Positions 17,536-26,414 of a stretch of DNA of 39,444 bases are shown piece by piece; position 1 is the stretch's first letter, and the number at the start of each line of letters is the position of its first letter. Source of the stretch: Candidatus Aenigmatarchaeota archaeon (GTDB lineage: Archaea; Aenigmatarchaeota; Aenigmatarchaeia; QMZP01; QMZT01); the NCBI GenBank assembly GCA_023128965.1, contig JAGMCY010000150.1, positions 1-39,444 on the forward strand, written 5' to 3'. The notes beneath the pieces were generated by a model. It had not been told where the DNA came from and made no database searches. It saw only the letters and a program-made list of their open reading frames with translations. A program made the position numbers and the translations under genes.

Positions 17536-18069
17536 ATGAAAGTAAAAGACGTGATGAAAAAGCACGTGGTAACAGTAGATCCGAATATGAACATGTCAAC
17601 CATTTCGAAGATACTGACCAACAACAGGATAGGGTCTGTCGTCATAGTGAACAAGGGGAAGCCAACAGGAATGATCACAACCAACGACATAGTCACATTG
17701 ATAGCGAAAGACAAAGATCCGAAAAAGATAAAGGCGGGGAAGTTCTGGGAAAAAAAGAAAAGACCGTTTATGACAATTTCCCCGGATGAAAAAATATTCA
17801 GGGTCGCCAAGAAGATGTTAAAAACCGGTATCAAGAGATTCCCTGTCATTGAAGACGGTAAATTGAAAGGAATAATTTCAACAAAGGAAATAATTCTGGT
17901 CGCCCCAGAACTTTTGGAGATACTTTCCGAGAAACTGAAAGCAGGGATAGAAAGGGTTGCGAGACCGGAACAAATGATCTCAGGACTCTGCGAGAAGTGC
18001 GGGGAATATTCTGACGAGCTGAAGAACATTGAAGGAAGATGGCTCTGCCCGGACTGCAGGGATACCTGA
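17536..18069 (+). CDS. CBS-pair protein with C-terminal zinc ribbon
   Basis: MKVKDVMKKHVVTVDP ... RIGSVVIVNKGKPTGMITTNDIV; RFPVIEDGKLKGIISTKEIIL; C-terminal CEKCGEYSDEL...x...CPDCRD. The track start 17515 is TTG and the first ATG is 17536. Confidence 0.8.
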   Translation: MKVKDVMKKHVVTVDPNMNMSTISKILTNNRIGSVVIVNKGKPTGMITTNDIVTLIAKDKDPKKIKAGKFWEKKKRPFMTISPDEKIFRVAKKMLKTGIKRFPVIEDGKLKGIISTKEIILVAPELLEILSEKLKAGIERVARPEQMISGLCEKCGEYSDELKNIEGRWLCPDCRDT

Positions 18070-18129
18070 AATGTTTAAACATTGGTTTAACCCTTATCGT
18101 TCTTTGTATAAACATATGTTTAAACATAT
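18070..18129. promoter_or_regulatory. pair of perfect palindromes built from the half-site ATGTTT/AAACAT, upstream of the LTD gene
   Basis: AATGTTTAAACATT (18070-18083) and ATATGTTTAAACATAT (18114-18129) are perfect palindromes. The second overlaps a further palindrome TAAACATATGTTTA (18109-18122). They flank or overlap an A/T-rich TATA-like stretch 30-45 nt before ATG 18160. Confidence 0.4.
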
Positions 18130-18159
18130 ATATTTTAGTGCATAACTCCAGATTTCTTT

Positions 18160-19650
18160 ATGAAATTTCACCTAGTGTTAATTGTCTTGTTGTTAACAGC
18201 ATGCAATGTCCAGGCAATCGTTATAAACGAGATCATGCCTGACCCGGATGATGGATGCTGGGATTGTTCAGAGTGGATAGAGATCACCAGTTATGTGAAT
18301 GTCTCGTTGGAAAATATCACCGTTGATACAGGTGAAAATCCAATAACCCTGAATGGTTCTATCAATGCTGGGGAATTCATAATAATCACCAAGAACTCGA
18401 CTACGTTTTCAGAAATATGGAATCCGAGTGCAATCGTTTTTGAATGCAGAAGAATGAGCCTTCACAACGATGGAGATAACATCACCATTTACAACGGTTC
18501 TGAAGTTTTGCAGAAAGTTGAATACAAAAGTTCGGAGAAGAACAGATCATACGGTCTATGTAACCAGACATTCGTTCTACAAAACATCTCAACCCCAGGC
18601 TTTTCTAACATGTGCGATTCGGAAGAAATCAATGAAACCAATACCACGAACGGAACCTGCGATTTATCGCTGACTATAATATCCGATTTGGTCTTTACTT
18701 CAGGCGAAAAACACAATTATTATCTATGGGTTGAAGATGAAAATTGTGATCAAACGGAAAAGGAAGTTAAAATAGAATACCGGATAGAGGATTTGTTTGG
18801 AACTATAATAAAATCAAAATACATCACCAACCAAAGCATAACATGTTACAAAAACATATCAAGGCAGTGGACACCCAGAGAAATCGAAGGATCAGAGGCA
18901 TGTTACATAAAAGCATTGATAATCGATTCTGCTTGCAACGATTCAGACCCTTCGAACGATATCGCCGAAAAATTAATTGTTGTGAAAGGAGGAACGCCTG
19001 ATCCAGGTCCGTGTCCTCCTTGTGAAACAACTGAAGAAACATCGACTTGTTCCTGCGGACCATGCCCGACATGCATTTCTGAAGAAGAAACAAAAGAAGA
19101 GGAAAAACCGGAATTCGAAATTCTTTCCTGCCCAGACGAAATGGAGAAGGACAGTGAAATCGAAATAAAAATCAATCTGGAAAACCCCTCTCTTGATAAG
19201 AAAAACTACACCGTATACTCTTACATATATGAAGGGAAGAAGCCTTTATCACTTGGCTTTAATGGTGAGAATTGGCTGAATACTTGGGACGCAAACAAGC
19301 AGAACGTTAGCATACCGGGAAACTCCTCCTTAAACCTCACACTAAAAAACAGGATAGCGAACGACACGGAACCTGGTAAATACAAACTGAGGGTTAGAAT
19401 ATGGCTTGACGGGAAGAAGCACGATATAACTAACGATATCATCATCAAAGAACCTGCGGAACCAGCAAACCAAACAATAAACCAAACAGTTGAAAAGGAA
19501 AACAAAACAGAATACAATGAAACCGAAAGCGATGAACCTGAAAGCGAGATACATACACCAACAGGCCGAGTAATTTCGAAAGATGAGAACTGGTTTTCCA
19601 TTCTAATAGAAAGCGTTATCAATTTCTTTAAAAACCTCTTCAGTCTATAA
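18160..19650 (+). CDS. secreted, Cys-rich, probably N-glycosylated protein with N-terminal lamin-tail domain (LTD)
   Basis: Signal peptide MKFHLVLIVLLLTACNVQA. LTD pattern VINEIMPDPDD...CSEWIEITS ... HNDGDNITIYNGS..LQKVEY. More than 20 N-x-S/T sequons. Cys/Pro-rich linker PDPGPCPPCETTEETSTCSCGPCPTC. Hydrophobic C-terminal segment WFSILIESVINFF. Confidence 0.7.
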   Translation: MKFHLVLIVLLLTACNVQAIVINEIMPDPDDGCWDCSEWIEITSYVNVSLENITVDTGENPITLNGSINAGEFIIITKNSTTFSEIWNPSAIVFECRRMSLHNDGDNITIYNGSEVLQKVEYKSSEKNRSYGLCNQTFVLQNISTPGFSNMCDSEEINETNTTNGTCDLSLTIISDLVFTSGEKHNYYLWVEDENCDQTEKEVKIEYRIEDLFGTIIKSKYITNQSITCYKNISRQWTPREIEGSEACYIKALIIDSACNDSDPSNDIAEKLIVVKGGTPDPGPCPPCETTEETSTCSCGPCPTCISEEETKEEEKPEFEILSCPDEMEKDSEIEIKINLENPSLDKKNYTVYSYIYEGKKPLSLGFNGENWLNTWDANKQNVSIPGNSSLNLTLKNRIANDTEPGKYKLRVRIWLDGKKHDITNDIIIKEPAEPANQTINQTVEKENKTEYNETESDEPESEIHTPTGRVISKDENWFSILIESVINFFKNLFSL

Positions 19651-19723
19651 ATAAAATCAGTAATAGGTTGATGTGCATTTTAATGTGCATCTTTCCCTAG
19701 TATTGGGCCTGTAGCTCAGTTGG

Positions 19724-19765
19724 AAGCTTTCGAATGACATAGACTTCGTCTATGTCAGTCTGTAC
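19724..19765 (+). other. putative tRNA intron 1 (D-loop, non-canonical position); boundaries +/-1 nt
   Basis: An insert lies between AGTTGG(A) and TAGAGC of the D-arm. It contains a perfect 9-bp hairpin TGACATAGA-CTTCG-TCTATGTCA. Confidence 0.6.
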
Positions 19766-19776
19766 TAGAGCACCAG

Positions 19777-19793
19777 AGAACGAATTCGGTGAA
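19777..19793 (+). other. putative tRNA intron 2 (between positions 30 and 31 of the anticodon stem, non-canonical)
   Basis: AGAACGAATTCGGTGAA interrupts CCAG|C. Only its removal restores a 5-bp anticodon stem (CCAGC/GCTGG) and a 7-nt loop with U33 and A37. Confidence 0.55.
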
Positions 19794-19922
19794 CCTCCTA
19801 AGCTGGGTGTCCGGGGTTCGAATCCCCGCAGGTCCGTAAATATCGTAGGATGACTTAGTTTTATAATTCAGGTCATCGTTCGAAAAGATACTTTTATAAC
19901 TTTTTATGAATAAAATATTAAC

Positions 19923-20684
19923 ATGGCAAGGATAATTGCGATATCTTCTGGTAAAGGTGGCGTGGGAAAAACAACGCTTGTCGCGAACCTTTCCGCTGCC
20001 CTCGCCCAATACGGAAAGTCCGTTGTGGCTTTGGATGCGAATCTCACCACCTCAAATCTCGCCCTCCACCTGGGCATGCACCTATACCCGAAAACGCTCC
20101 ATGACGTGTTTGAGAGGAAAGCAGGTATAAGAGACGTGACATACATGCACAAAACAGGTTTTAAAGTGATCCCTGCTGACATTTCCTTCCGGAAGCTGAG
20201 GGACGTGAGATCGCATGAATACATCGATGTTTTCTACAGATTAATCGAGGAAAACGATTTTATCCTGATCGATTCCCCTGCAGGGCTCGGAAGGGATTCG
20301 CTCGCGGCGGTAGAGGCTGCTGACGAGCTTATAACCATAACCAACCCCGAGCTCCCCGCCATAACCGATGCCCTGAAACTGAGCATTCTTGCGAACAAAT
20401 ACTCAACCCACAACTTAGGGGTAGTCGTGAACAGGATAAAAAGGGAATCGCACGAGGTCCCGATCGATCACATAGAAAAAATGCTCGGTTTGCCCGCGAT
20501 AGGGAAAATCCCGGAAGACAGGGAGGTCCGGAAAGCAATCGCCCTTAAAGAGCCTGTTGTCTCTTACAATCCGAAATCCCCTGCCGCACAGCACATAATT
20601 GCGCTGGCAGCGAATCTTATCGGAGAAGAATACACGCCCAGAATGCCCTGGGGTCTCCGCCTTTTCGGCTGGCTGGCGAGGTAA
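19923..20684 (+). CDS. minD: MinD/ParA-family P-loop ATPase (archaeal MinD-like)
   Basis: Deviant Walker A IAISSGKGGVGKTT, Walker B FILIDSPAG, 253 aa. Confidence 0.85.
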   Translation: MARIIAISSGKGGVGKTTLVANLSAALAQYGKSVVALDANLTTSNLALHLGMHLYPKTLHDVFERKAGIRDVTYMHKTGFKVIPADISFRKLRDVRSHEYIDVFYRLIEENDFILIDSPAGLGRDSLAAVEAADELITITNPELPAITDALKLSILANKYSTHNLGVVVNRIKRESHEVPIDHIEKMLGLPAIGKIPEDREVRKAIALKEPVVSYNPKSPAAQHIIALAANLIGEEYTPRMPWGLRLFGWLAR

Positions 20685-20685
20685 G

Positions 20686-22344
20686 CTATTTTTTCAGGAT
20701 TTCGAGCATATCGCTCAGGTTCACCTCGAAAGCGCAAACCGGCTGCTCGATCCCGAAGTTATCCAGAACCTTTGGATGGATCTCGCCTATATAGGCGATT
20801 TTCTTCCCATTAACAGAAACCCTCCCGGCTCTTCCTGGTATGAATGAGGGATGTTCGGTTTTAACAATCTTATGCTCGAGCCCCAATGACGAAAGCAAGT
20901 AATCGAGATACTGCCTTATTTCAGTGTAATTCGCATCCTTATGGCAGGAAACACACGCAATTCTCACGAACTCCTCAACCCCGGTTTCTCTCTTGGGGTT
21001 CTTTTTGAACACCGATCCGATGTCGAATATTTTCTGAGGATAATCATGCCTGGTGTTCTCGCTTAAGACTTTCATAATGCTCGGAATCATCCATGATCTG
21101 AGGATATCGTATTCAATATTTGCGGGGTTCATGAGCTCAATGCAATCCATCTCGGTGAGCATATTCTTGTTCATGTCTCCCCTGTTTGTTAAATGGTAGG
21201 TGACGGTTTCAAGGAAGCCCAACCCGATCATCAAGTCAGCGATCTTTTTCTTGAAAACCTCGAAAGGATCTTCTTCCCCGATTGTCGAGACATTGGGAAT
21301 TTCAGCATCAAAATTTTCATAGCCGTAAGCTATTGCTATATCTTCAGCCAGGTCAACAGGATGCATAATGTCAGATCGGTAAGGTGGGATCTTAACTTCT
21401 TTGCCATCAAAAGAATAGCCCATTTTCTCGAAAAGCCTTTTGAAATCTTTCATTTTCAGATCAAGGCCCAGCCATTTGTTAATGTAATTCAAATCAACCT
21501 TCATCCTTTTCGGCCTGAGATCCGGTGTTGTGGTCTTCTCATCAGGATATTCAAGTTTCATTGCGTAGATCGTTCCGCCCATGTCAGCGAGAGCTGTAAC
21601 TATCATGTTAAGACAAATGTTCAGCGTGTTCATATCGAATCCGCTGCACTCAATGAATACGTCTTTCGTCTTCTCGATGATCTTTCCGGTTCTCTCCGAA
21701 TTTATGATAGGAGGCATTGAAAGTACTTCGTTCGCCGCATCTATGAAGAACGGGAAAACACTCTTCCCCTCAAGAAGATGGGCGTAATCACGGCCTGCGG
21801 GGTGCTGACTCAGGATCTGAAGACCATTCATCTCCCTTTCCCATTCAAGCGGTACGAATCTCACGTCTTCAGGTTTACTTCCGACAAATCTTATGGGAAG
21901 GGTGATCTTTTCGAATGGGTATATCCCTATCGCCACCTTTTCCCTGTTCCTTCCGAATGTCGTGTGGAGTTTTTCCTGAATCTGTATAACTTCCTTTATC
22001 TTCTGATCATCGAATTTCAACCCCCTGACAATCGCGCACGCGGTGTAGGGTCTGACCATGTGAACGCTTTTCTCGATCATGACCTTGAAATCTATGGGGG
22101 GGTTCTTGACAACGTATTCTTTCAGACCTTTCTCTATCCCCATAAATGTTTTCAAAGCCCTCACAAAACCCTGGGCACTGAGCATATCGGGTCTGTTGGG
22201 GAAAATCTCAACCATAATCTCCCGGCTGTCTAGTTTTTCAAGGTCTGTTCCCAGCATGCTTATCCTGTCTTTCAACAACTCATCAGGATATCTCTTTCCC
22301 ATGAGCTTATCGAATTCCTTCCTGTCTATAGTTATCGTTGGCAT
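20686..22344 (-). CDS. pheT: phenylalanine--tRNA ligase beta subunit (archaeal type)
   Basis: MPTITIDRKEFDKLMGKRYPDELLKDRISMLGTDLE is a typical archaeal PheT N-terminus. B3/4 and B5 regions are present. It lies immediately downstream of pheS with no gap. Confidence 0.9.
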   Translation of the reverse strand: MPTITIDRKEFDKLMGKRYPDELLKDRISMLGTDLEKLDSREIMVEIFPNRPDMLSAQGFVRALKTFMGIEKGLKEYVVKNPPIDFKVMIEKSVHMVRPYTACAIVRGLKFDDQKIKEVIQIQEKLHTTFGRNREKVAIGIYPFEKITLPIRFVGSKPEDVRFVPLEWEREMNGLQILSQHPAGRDYAHLLEGKSVFPFFIDAANEVLSMPPIINSERTGKIIEKTKDVFIECSGFDMNTLNICLNMIVTALADMGGTIYAMKLEYPDEKTTTPDLRPKRMKVDLNYINKWLGLDLKMKDFKRLFEKMGYSFDGKEVKIPPYRSDIMHPVDLAEDIAIAYGYENFDAEIPNVSTIGEEDPFEVFKKKIADLMIGLGFLETVTYHLTNRGDMNKNMLTEMDCIELMNPANIEYDILRSWMIPSIMKVLSENTRHDYPQKIFDIGSVFKKNPKRETGVEEFVRIACVSCHKDANYTEIRQYLDYLLSSLGLEHKIVKTEHPSFIPGRAGRVSVNGKKIAYIGEIHPKVLDNFGIEQPVCAFEVNLSDMLEILKK

Positions 22345-23868
22345 TTACCTCAACCACATCTTTATTTCTCTAAGCAGTTTCAGATCGTTCTTATACAATT
22401 CCCTCAAATCGGTTATTTTATAGTAAGACAATATCATCCTGTCAAGACCCGGACCCCAAGCAAGGACAGGGATATCTTCACCGAGAAGAGGAACTACTAC
22501 CTCCGGCCTGAAAATCCCGGCTGCAAACACCTCAATCCACTGTTTGTGAACAGGATCATAAACTTCGCCTTCAACACTCGGTTCTGTGTAGGGGAAATGG
22601 GCCGGTCTGAATCTCACCTTCGTGAACCCGATCTTATTCGCGAAATTTTTCAGGTAACCTAAAAGATGCTTGAAATTTGCATCAGGATCAACCACTATGC
22701 CTTCAAATTGATTAAATTCGAACAAATGGCTCCAGTCCATCGTCTCGTTCCGGAAGCACCTTCCTATTGCAAAATACTTCGCAGGCAGATCATCTTTCTT
22801 TAGCTGGGCAATTGTTCTTGCGGAAAGACAGGTTGTATGTGTCCTCATGACGTTCGATCTTGCGCTTTCGCTATCCCATCTGTACTGCCAACCTTTGCTT
22901 TCAGTTGAACCCCCGTTTTCATGAACGGCCTTCACGGCTTTCACGATTCTCTGATCAGGGAGTTTGCCCGTTCTGGGGTTTTTTATGTAAAAAGTGTCCT
23001 GAAGATCGCGGACGGGGTGGTCCTGTGCGGTGAACAAGGCATCGAAATTCCAGAAACTAGTTTCTAGCAGAGGGCCCGTCATCTCTTTGAAACCAAGCTC
23101 AAGCCACACCCTCTTGGCGTATTCCACTACCTGGTTAACGAAATGCCTCCTCCCCCCGTAAACCTTGGGAACGTTTATCTCCACATCATACCTTCTGAAT
23201 TTCTTACCAACCCATTTCCTTTCTTTAAGCATCTTGGGTGTGAGTTTCTCAATAAGATCTAGCTTTGAGAATTTCGATTTCCTTATGAGCTTTTTGCCTG
23301 TTTCAGTCAACTTTACGTGCTTGAGTTTCGCACTCTCCTTTATTATGATATCCTTCCTTTTAAGGAGTTTCCCAGCGAGGTTCTTTTCTTCATCACTCAA
23401 ATCCTCAAAGGGGGCAGGAAGCTTTTTGAGAAACTTCTCCTCAGGGAAGCCTTTCCTGAGAATACCCTCCCTTTCACTTGTGGGTTCCACATCATCCCCC
23501 AGTATTGTTATTGCATACCGGGATTTCAAAAGACCGAGAGATATTCTCACCTCATTATTATCCAGGTTTGTAGCCCTTTTTATCGATTCCAGATCCATCT
23601 TTCCGTCAAGAACCTCAAGGAATCGCTTTTCCGGCAAACCTTTCTTTTCGTAAATTCTCCCGTTTTCACCAAGTTTCACAACATCCCTTAGAGAGGATTT
23701 TATCTTAACCACGCCTTTATTCTCGAGCCATTGCAGCGCGCGCATCACTTCAACATCCTTTTTCTTTGAAAGCTTTGTTATCTCTTTCAATTCAATACCA
23801 TCTTTTAGAAATGGCAAGACATTCCTTTCCACCGGACTCAAGGTCTCGAGAAGTTTCTGCATATCCAT
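22345..23868 (-). CDS. pheS: phenylalanine--tRNA ligase alpha subunit
   Basis: Class II core motifs: HPVRDLQDTFY, GRCFRNETMDWSHLFEFNQFEG, FRPAHFPYTEPSVE, GPGLDRM. Confidence 0.9.
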   Translation of the reverse strand: MDMQKLLETLSPVERNVLPFLKDGIELKEITKLSKKKDVEVMRALQWLENKGVVKIKSSLRDVVKLGENGRIYEKKGLPEKRFLEVLDGKMDLESIKRATNLDNNEVRISLGLLKSRYAITILGDDVEPTSEREGILRKGFPEEKFLKKLPAPFEDLSDEEKNLAGKLLKRKDIIIKESAKLKHVKLTETGKKLIRKSKFSKLDLIEKLTPKMLKERKWVGKKFRRYDVEINVPKVYGGRRHFVNQVVEYAKRVWLELGFKEMTGPLLETSFWNFDALFTAQDHPVRDLQDTFYIKNPRTGKLPDQRIVKAVKAVHENGGSTESKGWQYRWDSESARSNVMRTHTTCLSARTIAQLKKDDLPAKYFAIGRCFRNETMDWSHLFEFNQFEGIVVDPDANFKHLLGYLKNFANKIGFTKVRFRPAHFPYTEPSVEGEVYDPVHKQWIEVFAAGIFRPEVVVPLLGEDIPVLAWGPGLDRMILSYYKITDLRELYKNDLKLLREIKMWLR

Positions 23869-23917
23869 AGATTAATATGGTATTCCTTTTTTATAATTTT
23901 GAGGCCCAAATCTCTAC

Positions 23918-24658
23918 ATGGATACAGGCGAATACAACAGAAAATTTTATTCAAAGATATTCGACAATAAAGCAAAAATGTACTACAGTATACAGAAAAA
24001 GAAGATAGAAATAGTGTTGAAATTACTGGAAAAACACGAAAATGGGAGAGTTCTGGATATTGGTTGTGGTGACGGCTTGATATCGACCTTGATAGCCAAT
24101 GTGACAAAAGCGAAGGTCTACGGGGTGGATATAAGCCGCAAGGCTTTATCGAAAGCGAGGAAAAAAGGGATAATCACAAGGGCGATGAATGTGGACAAAC
24201 AGGGATTCCCCTTCGAAGAGGAAAGTTTTGATGCGGTATTCTGCGGGGATTTGCTTGAGCATTTGTACGACACGGAAAACCTATTAGAGAATGTGAGGAA
24301 AATTCTGAAACCGAACGGGTACCTTATAATCTCGGTTCCCAACATCGCTTCGTGGTATAACCGGGGGTTCCTTTTGTTGGGCTACATGCCCACCTGGATT
24401 GAATCCTCTCTTAAAACGTATACAGGGAATCCGGTCATTAAAGAGGGTGTGGGTCACATCCACGCGTTCACAAAACGCTCGCTGACAGAGCTCCTGGTGT
24501 TTAAGGGGTTTTCCATAGAAAAGGTTACTGGAAGCCCCGTGCTAGCAGATGGTACGAGAAGAAAATGGAAGGAGAGGCTGTGGAACGGGGCGGATTCGTT
24601 TTTCGCAAAGAAGGCCTCCCTGGCCTCGACGCTGGTCATGAAGGCGAGGAAAAGATAA
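23918..24658 (+). CDS. class I SAM-dependent methyltransferase
   Basis: Motif I VLDIGCGDGLIS, followed by VYGVDIS and FDAVFCGDLLEHL (Methyltransf_11-like). Confidence 0.8.
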   Translation: MDTGEYNRKFYSKIFDNKAKMYYSIQKKKIEIVLKLLEKHENGRVLDIGCGDGLISTLIANVTKAKVYGVDISRKALSKARKKGIITRAMNVDKQGFPFEEESFDAVFCGDLLEHLYDTENLLENVRKILKPNGYLIISVPNIASWYNRGFLLLGYMPTWIESSLKTYTGNPVIKEGVGHIHAFTKRSLTELLVFKGFSIEKVTGSPVLADGTRRKWKERLWNGADSFFAKKASLASTLVMKARKR

Positions 24659-24691
24659 AAGAGACGTGTTTGAATATATAACTGTGGGATC

Positions 24692-25699
24692 ATGAAAAGG
24701 ACCTTTTTCAACAGCGTGACGATAAGCCTGCCAAAGAACATCATCCAATTCTCGTTAGGCGTTATTCTTTACTGGTTCCTGCTGGGCATACCAAATACGT
24801 ATACAACCCTGCTGGCCTTGTCCGGGTTTCTCATCGCGTATTCCTCTGTTTACCTCTACAACGATATGGTTGATCACAAGGAAGACAGGAGGGACAGGGA
24901 AAAATTGAAATGGAAACTTGTCGCTGGCGGCCACATGGGAGTGAATTCGGCGAGAGTGCTTTCTTTATTTTTTGCAGGTTTTGGTCTCGCGATATCCTTC
25001 CTCGTGGGCAGGTGGTTTTTCCTGATGGTGCTGGCAATGCTATCCCTTAACATTCTCCATTCTTCACCATACACCAGGTTTAAAAAAAGTCTGCGTAAAA
25101 CAACGGTGAACATGACGGCAATAGAGTTCTTGAAATTTTCCTGCGGCTGGTTCGCGCTCACGAGCGACTTGACGAAATTCCCCTTCTGGCTGATTTTCGC
25201 TTTTTCAATAGTTTACACAACGAGTTATTTGATTTACAAATTCAAATTCAGGGGCGGGACGATAAAGAGCAACAAAAAGCTCTTCATCGGCTTGGGAACA
25301 ATCGGCATGTTTTCCTACATAATATCATTCGTTCAATACGGTTTCCCTCTAAGCATGATACTTCTTATAACCATACCGTTATTCGTGCTTTTGCTGTTCA
25401 AACAGATGGATATAGAATTCCACAAGATCAACAACATGATAGTGATAGAATACCTTCTGCTACCCGTGGTTATCATCTCATTTATGGTACTCATGATACC
25501 GGTTGTCGGCCAAGCTAATGAAGAGATGGCGGACACGATCGATACGTATACAGAAAATATAATAGACGATATCCCAGAAACCATAACCGAACCGATAGAC
25601 AACCTAACGGACGAACTGAAGAAATATGAAACACTCGAAGACATAGAGGAGGGAATAAAAGAGGGCTTCGAAAACATAACCGGGTCGCTGAAAAGTTAA
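24692..25699 (+). CDS. UbiA-family integral-membrane prenyltransferase with acidic C-terminal tail
   Basis: First Asp-rich motif [15 protein letters not shown], about 8 predicted TM helices, and an acidic, non-membrane C-terminal 60 aa ([20 protein letters not shown]...). Confidence 0.75.
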   Translation: MKRTFFNSVTISLPKNIIQFSLGVILYWFLLGIPNTYTTLLALSGFLIAYSSVYLYNDMVDHKEDRRDREKLKWKLVAGGHMGVNSARVLSLFFAGFGLAISFLVGRWFFLMVLAMLSLNILHSSPYTRFKKSLRKTTVNMTAIEFLKFSCGWFALTSDLTKFPFWLIFAFSIVYTTSYLIYKFKFRGGTIKSNKKLFIGLGTIGMFSYIISFVQYGFPLSMILLITIPLFVLLLFKQMDIEFHKINNMIVIEYLLLPVVIISFMVLMIPVVGQANEEMADTIDTYTENIIDDIPETITEPIDNLTDELKKYETLEDIEEGIKEGFENITGSLKS

Positions 25700-26370
25700 A
25701 ACCTCCTCCCCATTTTCGTTACGAAAGTTTTCCAGTGCGGAAGCACGCCTGTTTTCCCCCCGAATATTTTGGTTTTCCCACCTTTAACCGCCTCCAGTAT
25801 CTTGTCCTTCTGTTTCTCGGAGTACACGAATGTGTAGGCAGAACCAAGTTCCGCCCCGAAATGCGCATCCGAGCCGGCGACTTTCGGAAGCTTGTGTTCT
25901 TCAGCGAATTTCGAAGCATTTTTGTTGAATCTATCAAGCAGGGTTCTGGCGTTGAAAACCTCCACCGCGTCTATATACCTGACGATTTTTTCTATTCCCT
26001 TTCCCACTCCTCTCCTCATTTTGTCGAATGGGTGGGGAACCAAAACGAAGCCGCCCTGCTCCTTGATAAGCTTGCAGGTCTGTGCGAGCGTGAGGTCTGA
26101 AGGGATATCCTCCTTCAGGTTCAGGCCTATGATTTCGCCGCTTTCAGTTTTAATCTCAGAGCCCACGAAAACGATCAAACCCTTCGCAAGTTTCTCGGTT
26201 TCCTTCCCCCCTTCTACGCTGTTGTGGTCGGTCACGGCTATCGCATCAAGACCGAGTTTTTTGGCAAGGTCTATGATCTCTTCCGGGGACATATTGCCAT
26301 CCATGGAAAAATCCGAATGTATGTGGAAATCAACCTTCAGTCTTCGCCTTTTCGAACCTACCAGGGACAT
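25696..26370 (-). CDS. PHP-domain metal-dependent phosphoesterase
   Basis: [32 protein letters not shown] and AGSDAHF are PHP His/Asp motifs. Confidence 0.8.
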   Translation of the reverse strand: MSLVGSKRRRLKVDFHIHSDFSMDGNMSPEEIIDLAKKLGLDAIAVTDHNSVEGGKETEKLAKGLIVFVGSEIKTESGEIIGLNLKEDIPSDLTLAQTCKLIKEQGGFVLVPHPFDKMRRGVGKGIEKIVRYIDAVEVFNARTLLDRFNKNASKFAEEHKLPKVAGSDAHFGAELGSAYTFVYSEKQKDKILEAVKGGKTKIFGGKTGVLPHWKTFVTKMGRRF

Positions 26371-26414
26371 ACTATCTTATTAAAGCGATTACAATAAATT
26401 TATATGTGATAAAC

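Larger units (their letters stand above)
19705..19836 (+). tRNA. intron-containing tRNA, read as tRNA-Arg(CCU) after removal of two introns; no encoded CCA
   Basis: Acceptor GGGCCTG/CAGGTCC, T8 A9, D-stem GCTC/GAGC, variable loop GTGTC, T-arm CGGGG-TTCGAAT-CCCCG, discriminator G. Removing about 41-42 nt from the D-loop and 17 nt from the anticodon stem leaves a 73-74 nt cloverleaf with anticodon arm CCAGC-CTCCTAA-GCTGG. A TATA-like TTTTAAT lies about 25 nt upstream. Confidence 0.75.

Noticed and set aside
17268-18029. 253-aa minus-strand ORF spanning the PPDK 3' end and the CBS-zinc-ribbon gene
   Set aside because: It is antisense to two well-supported genes and crosses their intergenic promoter. 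The translation is low-complexity and hydrophobic with no motifs.
19671-19690. Direct repeat ATGTGCAT-TTTA-ATGTGCAT upstream of the tRNA
   Set aside because: It is only 8 bp and occurs twice. It brackets the probable TATA box and may just be promoter context, too short to claim as a regulatory element.
19705-19836. Calling the tRNA tRNA-Ala because of G3:U70
   Set aside because: No NGC triplet preceded by U33 can be placed in any anticodon loop consistent with the stems. The only clean arm gives CCU (Arg), and the discriminator is G rather than the A usual for tRNA-Ala. It is kept as an anomaly in the findings instead.
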